DNA from: a virus
Taxonomy: Duplodnaviria > Caudoviricetes
Reading direction: 5' to 3' (one strand)
DNA length: 64,000 nucleotides
Virus record (IMG/VR): IMGVR_UViG_2838247499_000001
Coordinates: 1-64,000 of that record
Positions 61,548-64,000 of the stretch are shown one piece after another. The notes beneath the pieces were generated by a model. It was not told the DNA's origin and made no database searches. It saw only the letters and a program-made list of their open reading frames with translations. The translations under genes and the position numbers were made by a program. The first letter of the stretch is position 1. Each line of letters begins with the position of its first letter.

Positions 61548-62723
61548 ATGACCAGCACCACGGCCATCAACAAGGCCACCAACGCAGCTGCCAGCACGCA
61601 GCGCGCACGGGCCTACCAGCCCACTCCCGAGGAGTCCAAGGCGCTGTCGAAGGCCAAGATCCAGCTGATGCGCAAGCCCGACAGCGTGTTCTTCACCACG
61701 CTGTGCTTCAGCCTGCGCCACGTCTTCGACCCGACAGTCCCCACGGCCTGCACCAACGGCCGGCAGATCCGCATCAGCCCCCGCTACTTCATGGGGCTGA
61801 GCCTGGAGCTGCAGATCAGCCTGCTGATCCACGAGACGATGCACTGCGCCTACATGCACATGGGGCGCCTGGCCGGCCGGGACCCGCTTCGCTGGAACTA
61901 CGCCACGGACTACGTCATCAACCTGCAGCTGCACGAGCGCGGCTTCCACATCGGCCCCGGCTGGCTGCTCGACACGAAGTACGCCGGCATGAGCGCCGAC
62001 GAGGTCTACAAGCTCCTGGAGGACGAAGACCTCGAGATGCTGGGCAACCCCATCGGGGGCGACCTCGAGGAGCCCACCGAGGACCCGGACCTGGAGAAGG
62101 ACATCACCGACATCGTGGTGCGTGCGCGCATCCAGTCCAAGATGTCCAACGACAAGCCGGGCACCATCCCCGGCGACATCGAGCTCCTGCTCGACAAGAT
62201 CCTCAACCCCAAGCTGCCCTGGCAGCGCATCCTGCAGAAGTACCTGCAGAAATTCAACAAGTCGGACTACTCGTTCCGCCGCCCCAACCGCAGGTTTTTC
62301 CCGAAACACCACCTGCCGAGTTTGTGGGGTGAATCTCTCATCGACCTGGCCGTTGCCGTGGATATTTCCGGATCAGTTTCGGACGAAGAATTCAACCGCT
62401 TCGTTTCCGAGATTGCCGGGATTCTCCGCATGATGATGCCGGAGAAAATCACGCTGATTCAGTTCGACACCAATCTCAAATCGGTGGACGTCGTCAAGAA
62501 CGTATTGGAACTGGTCAACGTGCCATTTACCGGCCGCGGCGGCACCAAGATTCAGCCGGTGATGGAGTGGTGCGAGAAGAATAACCCGCAGTGCCTGATG
62601 GTATTCACCGATGGGGAATTCCGATTCCCACTCAATACCCTGCGCACGGATACCGTCTGGCTCATCCACAACAACCCCGGCTGGAAAGCCCCCTGGGGCA
62701 AGACCATCCACTACCAGGTCTAA
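61548..62723 (+). CDS. metallopeptidase-like + vWA domain protein (N4 gp25-like)
   Basis: PTACTNG, HETMH, N.A.D..IN, MIDAS DISGS, GRGGT, FTDG. Confidence 0.9.
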   Translation: MTSTTAINKATNAAASTQRARAYQPTPEESKALSKAKIQLMRKPDSVFFTTLCFSLRHVFDPTVPTACTNGRQIRISPRYFMGLSLELQISLLIHETMHCAYMHMGRLAGRDPLRWNYATDYVINLQLHERGFHIGPGWLLDTKYAGMSADEVYKLLEDEDLEMLGNPIGGDLEEPTEDPDLEKDITDIVVRARIQSKMSNDKPGTIPGDIELLLDKILNPKLPWQRILQKYLQKFNKSDYSFRRPNRRFFPKHHLPSLWGESLIDLAVAVDISGSVSDEEFNRFVSEIAGILRMMMPEKITLIQFDTNLKSVDVVKNVLELVNVPFTGRGGTKIQPVMEWCEKNNPQCLMVFTDGEFRFPLNTLRTDTVWLIHNNPGWKAPWGKTIHYQV

Positions 62724-62742
62724 ACCTGCGCCGAGATACTCC

Positions 62743-63093
62743 ATGAATTACCAGGACGCCAAGAAACTCGTGAAGGCCCACAAGGCCCGGGAGAATTACA
62801 TGCTGATCCAGCTGGAGAGTATGACCAGCTGCGAGAAGCTGGTTCTCCCCTATAAGGCGGGCCTGGCGTTCATCGAGGCTTTAGGCCAGGTGGAGCAATG
62901 GTCCCACAACTATGGCACCGACCATAGGCTGGAGGGTATCTCGCCGAATTTCGCCAAGTTCTCGGTAATGCCCGCCGAGGAGTATGACCGCCTGCGAATG
63001 GCGATTCTCCTAGGAGTTACTCCCCAAGAACTCAAGGATGCCGAGACAGCCGGCAGAACCGACCAACTCGGAAACCAAATCAATACCCCATGA
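62743..63093 (+). CDS. hypothetical protein
   Basis: MNYQDAKK..., 116 aa, ATGA overlap with helicase. Confidence 0.7.
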   Translation: MNYQDAKKLVKAHKARENYMLIQLESMTSCEKLVLPYKAGLAFIEALGQVEQWSHNYGTDHRLEGISPNFAKFSVMPAEEYDRLRMAILLGVTPQELKDAETAGRTDQLGNQINTP

Positions 63094-64000
63094 CCGCCGT
63101 CGCAGAACTCACTCTGACCCAGGACCAGCAATCCGCCCTGGACGCCTTCTTCAAGTTTCTCAGCGACCCGCTGGAAACTGTGTTCGTGCTGTCCGGATAT
63201 TCCGGCTGCGGCAAGAGCACCCTCGTCCACAATCTCCTGGATCGGCTGCCCGATTACCAGAAGACCCTGCAGCTCATCAGCCCCGATTTCCCCGTGTGGG
63301 ATATGGCGCTGACGGCCACCACCAACAAGGCCGCGGAGAATCTCGCGCTGATCACCGGCCACGAAGTGAAAACCATTCACTCGTACCTGGGCCTGCGCGT
63401 GAGCACCAATTTCAAGACGGGCGAAACCGAGCTGGCCACCTCGCGCAGTACCGTCAAGAAATCCCGCGTCATTCTGTTCATCGACGAGGCGAGCTATATC
63501 GACTCGGCCCTCCTGAAACTCATTTTCGAGTGGACGGAAAACTGCAAGATCGTTTTCATCGGCGACCCTGCGCAACTCACGCCGGTGAAGGCCACGGGTA
63601 CTCCGGTATTCGATGCGGGATTCAATGGCGCCGCCCTGAAACAGGTGGTCCGCCAGGCCGCGGGAAACCCCATCGTGGATCTCTCCACGAAATTCCGCAA
63701 TACCGTCGAGACGGGTGAGTTCTTCAGTTTCAAACCCGATGGCAACGCGGTGGTGTATCTCGATCGAGATGCATTCAACGCCGCGGTGCTGAAGGAATTC
63801 ACTCGCCCGGACTGGCGTTACCGAGATTCCAAGATTCTCGGGTGGACCAACAAGCTCGTGATCGCCTACAACGCCTTCGTGCGTGAGCACGCCAAGGGCG
63901 ATCCGCAGCTGCAGGCCGGCGACTACGCCATCGTCAACAGCTTCTGCCAGGTCGGCAAGCAGACCCTCAAGACGGACCAGCTGGTGCAGATCTCCAGCAT
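63090..64000 (+). CDS. Dda/RecD-like SF1 DNA helicase (N4 gp37-like), truncated by window end
   Basis: Translated by hand: LTQDQ, GYSGCGKS, TATTNKAA, TIHS.LGL, IDEAS, GDPAQL.PV, VVRQ. Confidence 0.9.
   Translation, partial: MTAVAELTLTQDQQSALDAFFKFLSDPLETVFVLSGYSGCGKSTLVHNLLDRLPDYQKTLQLISPDFPVWDMALTATTNKAAENLALITGHEVKTIHSYLGLRVSTNFKTGETELATSRSTVKKSRVILFIDEASYIDSALLKLIFEWTENCKIVFIGDPAQLTPVKATGTPVFDAGFNGAALKQVVRQAAGNPIVDLSTKFRNTVETGEFFSFKPDGNAVVYLDRDAFNAAVLKEFTRPDWRYRDSKILGWTNKLVIAYNAFVREHAKGDPQLQAGDYAIVNSFCQVGKQTLKTDQLVQISS

Noticed and set aside
62280-63900. Lower-GC3 patches (also ~37110-37270, 42520-42760, 45560-45900, 47640-47900) as horizontal transfer
   Set aside because: They fall within conserved core genes with no boundaries or repeats, and I cannot quantify them without computation

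Overview
About 64 kb of a GC-rich N4-like (Schitoviridae) lytic podophage genome, circularly permuted. The apparent genome end/start junction lies near 50.5-50.8 kb. Order in the window: a minus-strand tail-fibre and lysis module inserted in the replication region (335-11044); plus-strand nucleotide-metabolism and replication genes (thyX, class II RNR, exonuclease, primase, ATPase, SSB, resolvase; 11135-22948); a ~1.07 kb non-coding, highly structured three-unit RNA-like array (22961-24030); the ~3460 aa virion RNA polymerase and minus-strand structural/packaging genes (24199-50513, with dUTPase on +); then the early/middle region (Drc-like activator, two-subunit RNAP II, AAA+ ATPase and vWA-metallopeptidase pair, helicase truncated by the window end). 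The Drc-like gene and relocated tail module resemble LUZ7/LIT1-type N4-likes. No integrase, cas genes or complete tRNA were seen. Most notable: (1) the repeat/anti-repeat structured ncRNA array with a CRISPR-repeat-like 36-nt unit; (2) a probable -1 programmed frameshift fusing an ejection protein to a staphylococcal-nuclease domain; (3) a 52-aa overprinted ORF with its own SD inside vRNAP; (4) two families of hairpin promoters; (5) a C-terminal Hint domain on a tail protein. All calls come from reading sequence and recalling family motifs and synteny; no searches were run.
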